From Ktedonobacterales bacterium (GTDB taxonomy: Bacteria > Chloroflexota > Ktedonobacteria > Ktedonobacterales > JACDGC01): a stretch of 32,190 bases of DNA. Where the stretch lies: positions 1-32,190 of the forward strand of contig JBBQSR010000002.1 in the NCBI GenBank assembly GCA_038234855.1. Reading direction: 5' to 3'. Positions 8,552 to 16,540 of the stretch are shown here, in pieces (position 1 is the first letter of the stretch; the number at the start of each line of letters is the position of its first letter). Position numbers and translations under genes: made by a program. Below the pieces are notes generated by a model. That model searched no databases and had not been told where the DNA came from. It was given only the letters and a program-made list of their open reading frames with translations.

Positions 8552-8590
8552 AATCACCCACTCAGCGATTGAGTGGGTGATTCTTTCTAT
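8552..8590 (+). terminator. Rho-independent terminator downstream of the 6780..8522 gene
   Basis: Perfect 14-bp stem GAATCACCCACTCA / TGAGTGGGTGATTC with a 5-nt loop (8552-8584), followed by TTTCTATT. Confidence 0.6.
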
Positions 8591-8626
8591 TCGCGTAGCC
8601 GCACGCATGTCGCGGGGGGTGGTGTG

Positions 8627-9019
8627 TCAGCCCATGTGGGTGGTGCGCTGCGGCTCGACCACGATCACCACGCGCTCGTCGCCGGGGTTGTGCCAGGGAT
8701 AGCGCTCTTGCTTCAGATATTTCTGCGCCATCGCGTTGATGAAGTCGAGGTTGGGGTCCTCATCGATGCGGGTGACGGTGCCGCGAATTTCGAGATAGCG
8801 ATACGGGTTCGCTGGGTCGACGATGGAAAGGGCGATGCGCGGGTCGCGCTGGAGGTTGCGATACTTCTGGCGCTTCTTCGTCACGCTGAACCGCACATGG
8901 GTGCCGTCCCAGCCAAACCAGACGGGGGTCGTTTCCGGTTCGCCGTTGGGGCCGATGGTGGCGATATGGGCCAGCGCCTCAGATTCCAGCAGGTCACGAT
9001 GCGTCGCGGGGATGTCCAC
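8627..9019 (-). CDS. PPOX-class (pyridoxamine 5'-phosphate oxidase-like) probable F420-dependent oxidoreductase
   Basis: LAHIATIGPNGEPETTPVWFGWDGTHVRFSVTKKRQKYRNLQRDPRIALSIVDP..PYRYLEIRG is the typical PPOX split-barrel pattern. GTG at 9019 lies 9 nt after AAGGAG. The ORF is also open to ATG 9097 and TTG 9115, which are alternative starts. Confidence 0.75.
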   Translation of the reverse strand: MDIPATHRDLLESEALAHIATIGPNGEPETTPVWFGWDGTHVRFSVTKKRQKYRNLQRDPRIALSIVDPANPYRYLEIRGTVTRIDEDPNLDFINAMAQKYLKQERYPWHNPGDERVVIVVEPQRTTHMG

Positions 9020-9207
9020 GGGGGTAAGCTCCTTGGTCGAATTGCCGTCTCGTTCGTTTGCTTCACAAAATGAAGCATCATGGATACGATACGTCATTTG
9101 GGGTACCCGCGTCAACCCGCGCGCGGCGGCCTATGCCCTGCTGGCGCGCTGATGACGCGAGGCCCCGCCACAGCAGCCTGTGACGGGGCCTCGCGGTGCG
9201 ACACGCT

Positions 9208-10113
9208 TTATTTTCCAGGGGTGGGCGTCGTGCCGACATTGGTGCCAGGGACGCCCTTGGCATCGTAGGTGATGGTGATCGAACTGATCACATCGCCCTG
9301 CTGGATGGATTTCGCATTGGCGAAGGTGTCGGTGGTGATGCGGCCAAGGTAGTTGTAAGAGAGGGGCAACGATGTGTTGTCGCCCGTGTTGATGAAGAAT
9401 TGGGAACTGGTGGTGCCCGATCCCTTGTTGGCCATCGCGACATCTTGCACACGGTAAGCATCCGTCGTTTTGGGTAGCTCATCGGGGATGACATAGCCCG
9501 CGCCATCGGGGCTGCTGGGGCCATTGCTCAGCCCTTTGGTCAGATCCGCCTTGGGGTCGACGGTGCGCGGGTCGCCTGCCTGAGCCACCATGGGGTTGCT
9601 GACGACGCGATGGAAGGTCAGCCCATCATAGAAGTGGTGCGTCGCCAAAAAGACGAAGCTGTTGGTGGTGAGGGGTGACGATACTTGGTTGAGCTGGATC
9701 ACGACCACACCATGTTTCGTGAAGAGATTCGCCTGATAGTTGCCGAGCGTCTTGTCGTTGATGCACAGTTGCGGCGCGCTGGTGTAGGTGCGCGTGATCT
9801 TCGCGCCATTCGCCGGACCCGAGGATTTTTTCGCCCAGGCACAGGCGTCCACCGGGGCTTTGACGGCGAAAAGGGGCGTCAGATGGTTGGCCGACAGCGT
9901 GTAGAGCAAGCCACCGATGATGGCGAGGGTCAAGAGCGTCGTCGCTAGAGGAAACTCGCTCACAAAGCCATTGAAGCCGCCAGATGTCTGGCGCTTCTGC
10001 GCGGCGCGGCGCACGGCGTCATTGGGCACGCGCTGTACCGGTTCGGTCTGGTGGGCCTGGCGATAGCGTTCGGCCTGACGCGCGGCGGATTTATTGGCGG
10101 TGGTCTTGGGCAT
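9208..10113 (-). CDS. Membrane-anchored cyclophilin-type peptidyl-prolyl cis-trans isomerase
   Basis: Cyclophilin core (FVFLATHHFYDGLTFHRVV....AQAGDP...GYVIPDE......VAMANKG..TTSSQFFI) after a basic N-tail and a TM segment (LATTLLTLAIIGGLLY). ATG at 10113. It occupies only the last 301 codons of the 892-aa track ORF. Confidence 0.85.
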   Translation of the reverse strand: MPKTTANKSAARQAERYRQAHQTEPVQRVPNDAVRRAAQKRQTSGGFNGFVSEFPLATTLLTLAIIGGLLYTLSANHLTPLFAVKAPVDACAWAKKSSGPANGAKITRTYTSAPQLCINDKTLGNYQANLFTKHGVVVIQLNQVSSPLTTNSFVFLATHHFYDGLTFHRVVSNPMVAQAGDPRTVDPKADLTKGLSNGPSSPDGAGYVIPDELPKTTDAYRVQDVAMANKGSGTTSSQFFINTGDNTSLPLSYNYLGRITTDTFANAKSIQQGDVISSITITYDAKGVPGTNVGTTPTPGK

Positions 10114-10278
10114 GGGGGGCTGGTGCTCCTTCGCCGCCGGCCTGTGCGCCTCCGGTGCGCGTCGCGGGCGGGGATGTTTTCGTGATATGCTCAATAAGCG
10201 ATTGGGCTTATCATACGCCTGAGGTCGGGCGGTGGTCAAGCGGATGAGACTTTTCGGCAAGGGGCACGACACCTGGCT

Positions 10279-12333
10279 ATGAATGAACAGATGCAAGCGA
10301 CCCTGGACAATCTGCCACACAAACCCGGCATCTACCTCTATAAAAACGATGAAGGCACGATCATCTATGTCGGCAAGGCGACCTCGCTGCATAGCCGCGT
10401 CCACCAATATTTCGCCGCGGGGGCTGACCTCAGCCCCAAAAATCGCGCGTTGGTCAGCCACATCACCAGCATCGAATTCATCGTAGTGGGCAGCCCGGTC
10501 GAGGCGCTCATCCTCGAAAACGAATATATCAAGCGTCACCAGCCCAAATATAACGTCCGCCTGCGCGACGACAAGAACTATCCCTACATCAAGGTGTCGC
10601 TGACCGAGGACTTTCCGCGCGTCTACCGCGTGCGATCCTTCCGGCAAGATGGCAACCGCTATTTCGGCCCCTATACTAACGCGGGCGCGGTGGACGCGAC
10701 GCTGGATCTGCTGAACAAGATCTTTCCCTTCCGCACCTGTCGCTATGATGGCTGGTCCTGGGCACCGCCCAGGGAGGGCAAGCTGACCCGCGCCCAAGCC
10801 GCCGCAAACAATGCCGCCCCAGCCAAGGGCAAGCGTGGCGCGCACCCCGCCGCGAGCGAGTGGCGACAAAAGCTGCTGCCGCGCCCCTGCATGCAATACA
10901 CCATCCATCGCTGCGTCGCGCCGTGCGTGGCGAAGGTGACGCGCGAGGACTACGACGGCATCATTCGCCAAGTGGTGCTCTTTTTGGAGGGCAAGCACGA
11001 GGCGGTGCAGGACGACCTGCGCGCCCAGATGGAGACCGCCGCCGAGGCGATGGAGTTCGAGCGCGCCGCCGTGCTGCGCGACCGCATCGACGCCGTCGGC
11101 CAACTGCTGGCGAAGCAAAAGATCATCAACACCACCGCCAGTGGCGATCAAGACGTGGTGGCGCTCGCCAGCCTCGACGATGAGACGTGCGCGCAGATCT
11201 TCTTCTTTCGCGGCGGCAAGCTGGCGGGGCGCGAATCGTTCATCCTGAAGGGCACGCGCGACACGACGGCGGGCGAGATCATGACCTCGTTCTTGCAACA
11301 GTTCTATGACCAGGCACCCGCGATACCGGGCGAGATCATCTTGCAAACGGAGCCAGAGGAGGGCGAGGATCTGACGGCGTGGCTGCGGCAAAAGCGCGGC
11401 GCGGCGCTGGCGCTGACGGTGCCACAGCGGGGCGACAAGGTGCGATTGGTCGAGATGGTCGCGCAAAATGCCACCGAGGCGCTGGAAATGGAGCGCATCC
11501 GTTGGCTGTCGGATTCGCAGAAGACGATGCTGGCGCTGCAAGAGGTGCAAGAGGCGCTGCACCTGCCCGCGCCGCCGCGCCGCATCGAGTGCTACGACAT
11601 CTCGAACATCCAGGGGACGGCGAACGTGGGGTCGATGATCGTCTTCGAGAATGGCAAGCCCAAGCCAGCCGACTATCGCCGCTTTCGCATCAAGACCGTC
11701 GACGGCGCGGATGACTATGCCAGCCACCGCGAGATGCTGCGCCGCCGCTTCAAGCGCATGGAGGCGGCCCCCGACGACGCGCCGATGGAAGAGGTCATCG
11801 AGGCCGCGATGGGTGGCGAGGCGGCCCCGGTCGATTCCTTCCAGGCGATGCCCGACCTCGTCATCATCGACGGTGGGCGTGGCCACCTGAACGCCGACCT
11901 AGCCGTGCTGGCTGAACTGGGCATCCGTGTGCAGATGGTCGGTGTGGCGAAGGAAAACCACGGGGCCATCGGCGAATACGAAGACATCTATCTGCCCGAC
12001 CAGCCCGAGCCGCTGGTGCTGCCACGCGGCTCGCAGGGGCTGTACCTCATCCAGCGCATCCGTGATGAGGCGCACCGATTCGCCATCACTTATCATCGCC
12101 AGGTCCGCAGCACCAAGGCCTTCACCTCGCTGCTGGATGAAGTGCCGGGCATCGGTCCCAAGCGCAAGAAGGCGCTGATCCTGCACTTCGGGTCGGTGCG
12201 CGCCATCGCCGCCGCCAGCGTCGACGACCTCGCCGCCGTCGAGGGTATGACGCGCGACGCCGCCGAGAAGGTGAAAGAGTTCATTGGTGCCCGCCCGCCC
12301 GCCGACGCCGCGAGTGGGGAAGCAAGCGTGTAA
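10279..12333 (+). CDS. uvrC: Excinuclease ABC subunit C
   Basis: N-terminal GIY-YIG (PGIYLYKNDEGTIIYVGKATSLHSRVHQYF), UVR domain (FERAAVLRDRIDAV), the UvrC endonuclease region and a C-terminal HhH pair (LDEVPGIGPKRKKALILHFGS). Confidence 0.95.
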   Translation: MNEQMQATLDNLPHKPGIYLYKNDEGTIIYVGKATSLHSRVHQYFAAGADLSPKNRALVSHITSIEFIVVGSPVEALILENEYIKRHQPKYNVRLRDDKNYPYIKVSLTEDFPRVYRVRSFRQDGNRYFGPYTNAGAVDATLDLLNKIFPFRTCRYDGWSWAPPREGKLTRAQAAANNAAPAKGKRGAHPAASEWRQKLLPRPCMQYTIHRCVAPCVAKVTREDYDGIIRQVVLFLEGKHEAVQDDLRAQMETAAEAMEFERAAVLRDRIDAVGQLLAKQKIINTTASGDQDVVALASLDDETCAQIFFFRGGKLAGRESFILKGTRDTTAGEIMTSFLQQFYDQAPAIPGEIILQTEPEEGEDLTAWLRQKRGAALALTVPQRGDKVRLVEMVAQNATEALEMERIRWLSDSQKTMLALQEVQEALHLPAPPRRIECYDISNIQGTANVGSMIVFENGKPKPADYRRFRIKTVDGADDYASHREMLRRRFKRMEAAPDDAPMEEVIEAAMGGEAAPVDSFQAMPDLVIIDGGRGHLNADLAVLAELGIRVQMVGVAKENHGAIGEYEDIYLPDQPEPLVLPRGSQGLYLIQRIRDEAHRFAITYHRQVRSTKAFTSLLDEVPGIGPKRKKALILHFGSVRAIAAASVDDLAAVEGMTRDAAEKVKEFIGARPPADAASGEASV

Positions 12334-12413
12334 GATTCCGCTCCCGCTCAACGTATAGTTCATAAGAAGTGATGTTCTGTGAAATGCGTTATCGCACAGG
12401 AAGGAGCGGGGCG

Positions 12414-12998
12414 ATGCGATCTCATGTCCGTAACATATTCGCCTTACTCGGCATCTGTGGCGTGTTACTTATGGGGTGTGGGTCCTCTGCCGTGGGCCTA
12501 CAGCCAGCACGGTTCGTCGTGCCCAACACGACGCCAACGGGCAAGCCCCTGCTGACGCTGCAAGTGCGTGACAACGCGCAAGATACCCTGCTCGTTCCCA
12601 CGATGGCACCCAGCACAGGCGTCAGCACGACCAGCATCGCCCAGTATCGGCTGGCGCGCTCAGCGGATGGCTCTTGGGGCACGTACACGCTCACCGCTTC
12701 GTCTTCCAGCCCCGGCGGCATGAAAGATATCGCCGTGCGGTACGATGGGCTGTTCAAGGGCTGCGCCTATAGCTTGCCCCCCAGCACCGTCACGCAGGGA
12801 CGAGACGCCAACGGCAATGTCTCGACGCTGCTGACCACTACCCTTTCCGTCGATCTCACGCGCAGGGGTGTGCCCCTGACGTGCTTCCAAAACCTGAAGA
12901 CGGGTTTCGCCTCGGTGACGGTCGTCTCCCACGATTGGGCGGATGAAGCCAGCGTGGTCGAGGCCAAGCTGTGCCTCGATGCCACATGCAAAGCGTAG
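12414..12998 (+). CDS. Putative lipoprotein, unknown function
   Basis: ATG 12414 follows GGAAGGAG. Signal peptide with lipobox (FALLGICGVLLMGC-GSS). Confidence 0.65.
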   Translation: MRSHVRNIFALLGICGVLLMGCGSSAVGLQPARFVVPNTTPTGKPLLTLQVRDNAQDTLLVPTMAPSTGVSTTSIAQYRLARSADGSWGTYTLTASSSSPGGMKDIAVRYDGLFKGCAYSLPPSTVTQGRDANGNVSTLLTTTLSVDLTRRGVPLTCFQNLKTGFASVTVVSHDWADEASVVEAKLCLDATCKA

Positions 12999-13008
12999 GG
13001 GGGAGACG

Positions 13009-13606
13009 ATGCAACGGAATCCGGTCAACCCGAGCAAGCAGGAAGCGGCGGATGCGCGCATCAATCGCCGCACGCAACGGCTGCAATTTTGGGGTGCCAT
13101 CCTCGGCATCGGCATCACCATCTTGGGGTTCTTAGGGGTCAGTGGCAAGGTGTCGAGCGTGCTCTTTCCGTCGCCCCCGACGCCGACGGCGCTGCCCCCG
13201 CCCACGGTCAGCGTGGCGGGCACCTGGGCGCCCCCCCCAGCAAGGGGATGACCATGGCGACCAATGGACGCTGTCGCTGACGCAACGGGGCAAGAGCCTG
13301 GGGGGCAAGATCGGCTATACGCCCAACCTAAACTCATCGACCGATATTTCACCGACCCCGTTGCCCATCCAGACGGCGACCTATTCGTATCAGGCGGTGG
13401 TGCTGAATGACAAGAGCACCATCGCCATCGACGACCCCAGCGCGACCGCCGTTCTCGTGATCGTGGCCGATTTCGAGACGAAGCCCAACTGTGAGGTGAC
13501 GTTCACCCTCAGCTACGCCAACAGCGATCAGCGCACCATGTCGGGGGCAATCGAAACGGGCTGCTCTGATAACGCCCGCCGCGCCGTCACCCTCGTGCGC
13601 GCGTAG
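13009..13606 (+). pseudogene. Single-pass membrane protein gene split by a +1 frame change at a C8 homopolymer (13231-13238); either a frameshifted gene or a sequencing error
   Basis: Frame-1 ORF (MQRNPVNPSK..., TM segment FWGAILGIGITILGFLGV) stops at 13249-13251, right after the C8 run. Frame 2 then continues as coding-like sequence (QQGDDHGDQWTLSLTQRGKSLGGKIGY...) to 13606, with no credible start of its own. Upstream frame-2 text is Arg-rich junk. Confidence 0.5.
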
Positions 13607-13697
13607 CCGGGGCTGTCGTGTGACGCCATAGCGCGGCCATAGGGGCGCTGGGGGTGTGGCATCGACCTGACGGGCGGTTTACCCGCTGGCTCCCTCC

Positions 13698-14456
13698 TCA
13701 CTGCGCGTCTTCCACCGCGATGATGCGGTCGGGCAGGTGCACCTCTAGGGTATAGGTACCGCTGGGGACGGGGCCGAGCAGGAACGTCCCGCCCTCCGCC
13801 ACATCCTCGGCGACGAGCCGGGGCGGAGCCTCCGCCGTGATGGCGTAGAGGCGCACGGGCAGGGTCGCCAGGGCCAGGCTGGCATCATTCGCGGCGCTCA
13901 CCAGCCCCTCGATCTCGATGCGCCCTTGGGGGGCCGGGGTCGCGCGCAGCGAGAGGGTGACATCTTCCGCGCGGTAAAGGATCGGTCGGGTCGTGCTGCC
14001 CGCGCCCGCGCCGCGCAGTTGCAGCGCGGGGGTCGGGGCGGGCGCGCCGGGGGCCAGGGCGTCGGCCAGCGCGGCTAGCACGCGACGCAGTCGGTTCGGC
14101 GTGGTGGGGGCCGTCCAGTCAAGGATCGGGTCGTGGTCGTCCAGCGCGGCGGTCACCAGCGCCAGTTCCTCGCGGCAGCGGGCGCAGGTGGGCAAGTGCG
14201 CCTCGGTCGTGGCGCGCGTGCTGGCGCTGATCGTCCCGGCTGCCAGCGCGGTGAGGTCCTCACTGGGCGGGCAATCGACGCGATACAGTCGCCCCCGCAG
14301 CGTGGTCGTGAAAGCGCCGATGGCGGCGACCTCACGCTGGCACGCGGGGCACGTGGCGATGTGCCGCACGATCTCGGGCGGGGCATCCGATGGATCAGCG
14401 GCATACGCCCCAAGCTGCTCGGGTGTGACGATGGTGGGGTCGATGCAAGGTTCCAT
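13698..14456 (-). CDS. Putative zinc-binding anti-sigma factor (ZAS-like) with two HxxxCxxC motifs and no TM segment
   Basis: ATG 14456 after GGAGGG. Motifs HIATCPAC and HLPTCARC. Located downstream of a sigma factor gene. The C-terminal region (GTFLLGPVPSGTYTLEVHLP) looks like a carboxypeptidase-regulatory/Ig-like beta-sandwich. Confidence 0.6.
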   Translation of the reverse strand: MEPCIDPTIVTPEQLGAYAADPSDAPPEIVRHIATCPACQREVAAIGAFTTTLRGRLYRVDCPPSEDLTALAAGTISASTRATTEAHLPTCARCREELALVTAALDDHDPILDWTAPTTPNRLRRVLAALADALAPGAPAPTPALQLRGAGAGSTTRPILYRAEDVTLSLRATPAPQGRIEIEGLVSAANDASLALATLPVRLYAITAEAPPRLVAEDVAEGGTFLLGPVPSGTYTLEVHLPDRIIAVEDAQ

Positions 14457-14637
14457 GGTTATCCCTCCGGTGGCTGATGGCGGCGATGGGCACACTCCTT
14501 GGGCGTGCGGCAGACAGCATCAGCGCGCCAGCCCCCATTTCGGTATTTTACGGCGGCGGGGGCCTTCTCTTCCACATAAACGGCGGGGCGCGATCTTTTT
14601 TGGGTATTGCTTCACAAAAGTTGTGCTCGCCGTGCGC

Positions 14638-15318
14638 TTATGCAGTTGGGGGGGTGGGGCGATATTTGCGGCGCAGACGGTCAACGAGGTTGGCGATGCA
14701 GCGCCGCACCTCGGCGATGTCGGGGAAGTCGTCGGGCAGCAACGCGGGAATCTCGCGCGGGCGATATTCCTCGACCCACAGGGCGTGGGCCAGGCGCAGT
14801 TCGCGGGGCGAGGCCACCTGACGCACCATCTCCCACAGTTCCTGGCCGGCTATCGCGTCTAGCACGCTGTCGGTGTCGTCAGGGTGCGCGAACTCATGGG
14901 CGTCGGGCATCGGCACCTCGCGGCGCTTCCCGCGCAGGGCGTCGAGCATCACCCAATTGACGCTGGTGTGCAGATAGGTCAAGATGGCCCCCAACGACGA
15001 CACATCGAGCGGGTGCTTGCGGTTCGAAAAGAGCAGCCGCTCAAAGACCTCGTGGGCATAGGATTCCAGCGAGTCGCGCAGTTCGACGGTGCGCGCGGCG
15101 GGGTGCCGCTTCACCCAACCTAGGACCATGCGATAATACGCCTCGTACATCGCGGACCAGGCATCCGACGCGTCCTCGCTCAGGGCACGGCGAAAGATTT
15201 CCAGGCAATAGCGTGGATCGGCGGGCGTCCCTCCCCCATATTTCGCGCGCTCATCCGCGCAATGCAGCACCAATTCGTCTAAGGCCTGCTGCGACGCCTC
15301 ACTCTGCACACTCGCCAT
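14638..15318 (-). CDS. Sigma-70 family RNA polymerase sigma factor (ECF-like)
   Basis: ATG 15318 after GGAGG. Region-2-like segment (CLEIFRRALSEDASDAWSAMYEAYYRMVLGWVKRH ... LTYLHTSVNWVMLDALR) and region-4-like HTH (PRELRLAHALWVEEYRPREIPALL...RRCIANLVDRLRR). Confidence 0.65.
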   Translation of the reverse strand: MASVQSEASQQALDELVLHCADERAKYGGGTPADPRYCLEIFRRALSEDASDAWSAMYEAYYRMVLGWVKRHPAARTVELRDSLESYAHEVFERLLFSNRKHPLDVSSLGAILTYLHTSVNWVMLDALRGKRREVPMPDAHEFAHPDDTDSVLDAIAGQELWEMVRQVASPRELRLAHALWVEEYRPREIPALLPDDFPDIAEVRRCIANLVDRLRRKYRPTPPTA

Positions 15319-15475
15319 ACCTGCCTCCGCGCGACCGACGCGCAAAGCGACCGCTGAACTGATCATTGCTACTATCGCGCCTCGGCTACCTATTGTCAAG
15401 CTGTTGAGACGCATGGCCTCTGTAGAAAGGTACGCTTCCCATCGAAGACCGTTCTCAGCGATTGCTCCAAAAGGG

Positions 15476-15504
15476 TTGACTATTCTTGATGCCTATGGCA
15501 TACT
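15476..15504 (+). promoter_or_regulatory. Candidate promoter (TTGACT-17-CATACT) with an embedded palindrome ATGCCtatGGCAT, a possible ArsR operator
   Basis: TTGACT at 15476-15481 and CATACT at 15499-15504. The palindrome at 15489-15501 spans the spacer and the -10 box, about 35 nt upstream of the ArsR start at 15539. Confidence 0.35.
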
Positions 15505-15538
15505 TGATCTATCAAGAAAATTTGATCGGTCGAAACGA

Positions 15539-16426
15539 ATGGAAGATATCGCCGAGGTCTTTTACCTCACCTCCATCGAGCAGGTACGCGCCATCGCCGA
15601 CACCCTGCGTCTGCGTCTGGTCGAGGCTCTGCAAAAAGCGCCCCTGACGGTGACGCAACTGGGCGAACGCGTCGGCGAATCGCCCGCGAAGGTCCATTAC
15701 CACGTGCGTGAGTTGGAACGCATCGGCGTCGTGCGCCTAGTCGAGACGCGCGAACGGGGCGGCATCCTCGAAAAGTATTATCGCGCCGTCGCCAAATCCA
15801 TGCAGATGTCGCCCGATCTCTTGCAGACCGCCCCCCACGACGAGGTGACGGGCATGGTGAATGAGTGGTTTCAGTTGGTCATGCGCGAGGCCACGCGGGC
15901 GCTCACCTATCGCACCGAACACCCCGAGCTTGATGAGCCGCTGACCCTGGCGAGCAAGACCATTCACGCGACCACGGGCGAGTTTCGCGCGCTGCTCAAC
16001 CCATTTTGGGAAAGGTCGGATACCTATGCGGAACCGCGCGGCATCGAAGATGAGCATGAATGGATCGTCAGCCTCGTCGCGCACCGTTGGCGCTCCCCCG
16101 ACGCCGACGCTGTGGTGGACCCCATCGCGCAGATACCGCCCATTCCCCCCGTGCCCCCCGTCGCGCCCGCACCACCCAAGGTGCCCGCGCCATCCATTGA
16201 GCGGTCATTTATCTTAGGTGGGGGCGATTTCAGCCGCAAGGCGCTAGAAGAGGCCGTCGCCAGCAACCGCCCGCTGAGCATCATGGTCATCGGCGTCTGT
16301 CACTTCCCAGAGGACATCCCAGCGGAACTGGTAGACCGCGCGGTGGTGCGCTTTCGCCATTGGGGCCAACTCGTCGCCTCGCCCGAGGTGCGCGAGGTCC
16401 TGCGCCGCAAGGGGGGTGATGCGTAA
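15539..16426 (+). CDS. ArsR-family HTH transcriptional regulator with a long C-terminal extension
   Basis: RAIADTLRLRLVEALQKAPLTVTQLGERVGESPAKVHYHVRELERIGVV is a winged-helix ArsR/SmtB-type HTH. It is followed by about 200 extra residues including a Pro-rich linker (IPPIPPVPPVAPAPPKVPAP). Confidence 0.75.
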   Translation: MEDIAEVFYLTSIEQVRAIADTLRLRLVEALQKAPLTVTQLGERVGESPAKVHYHVRELERIGVVRLVETRERGGILEKYYRAVAKSMQMSPDLLQTAPHDEVTGMVNEWFQLVMREATRALTYRTEHPELDEPLTLASKTIHATTGEFRALLNPFWERSDTYAEPRGIEDEHEWIVSLVAHRWRSPDADAVVDPIAQIPPIPPVPPVAPAPPKVPAPSIERSFILGGGDFSRKALEEAVASNRPLSIMVIGVCHFPEDIPAELVDRAVVRFRHWGQLVASPEVREVLRRKGGDA

Positions 16427-16540
16427 CGCGCTCGCCTTGCCACAAAAAAGCGTGCCGCTGTCTCTTACCCCAGCAGCACGCCCGCGAAGACCCTGGCCGT
16501 CACATCAACTGCAAAAACCGATGAACGAAGGAGCCTTACC

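Noticed and set aside
4741-8561. Minus-strand ORFs 4741..5775 and 7269..8561, and ORF 6417..7169 crossing the 6400-6780 intergenic region
   Set aside because: They are antisense or off-frame to better-supported plus-strand genes. ORF 6417..7169 runs through promoter-like AT-rich DNA and the start of the 6780 gene, with implausible composition.
9208-11886. 892-aa ORF on the minus strand spanning the cyclophilin gene and most of uvrC
   Set aside because: Only the last 301 codons (9208-10113) encode a recognisable protein (cyclophilin) with a proper ATG. The rest is antisense to the unmistakable uvrC gene and has Arg/Leu/Asp/His-rich artefact composition typical of stop-poor antisense frames in high-GC DNA.
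13142-13606. Treating 13142..13606 as an independent 154-aa gene
   Set aside because: The first roughly 30 codons (MARCRACSFRRPRRRRRCPRPRSAWRAPGRPP) are off-frame text of the upstream ORF. Coding character begins only at the C8 tract, so a frameshifted single gene is the better explanation.
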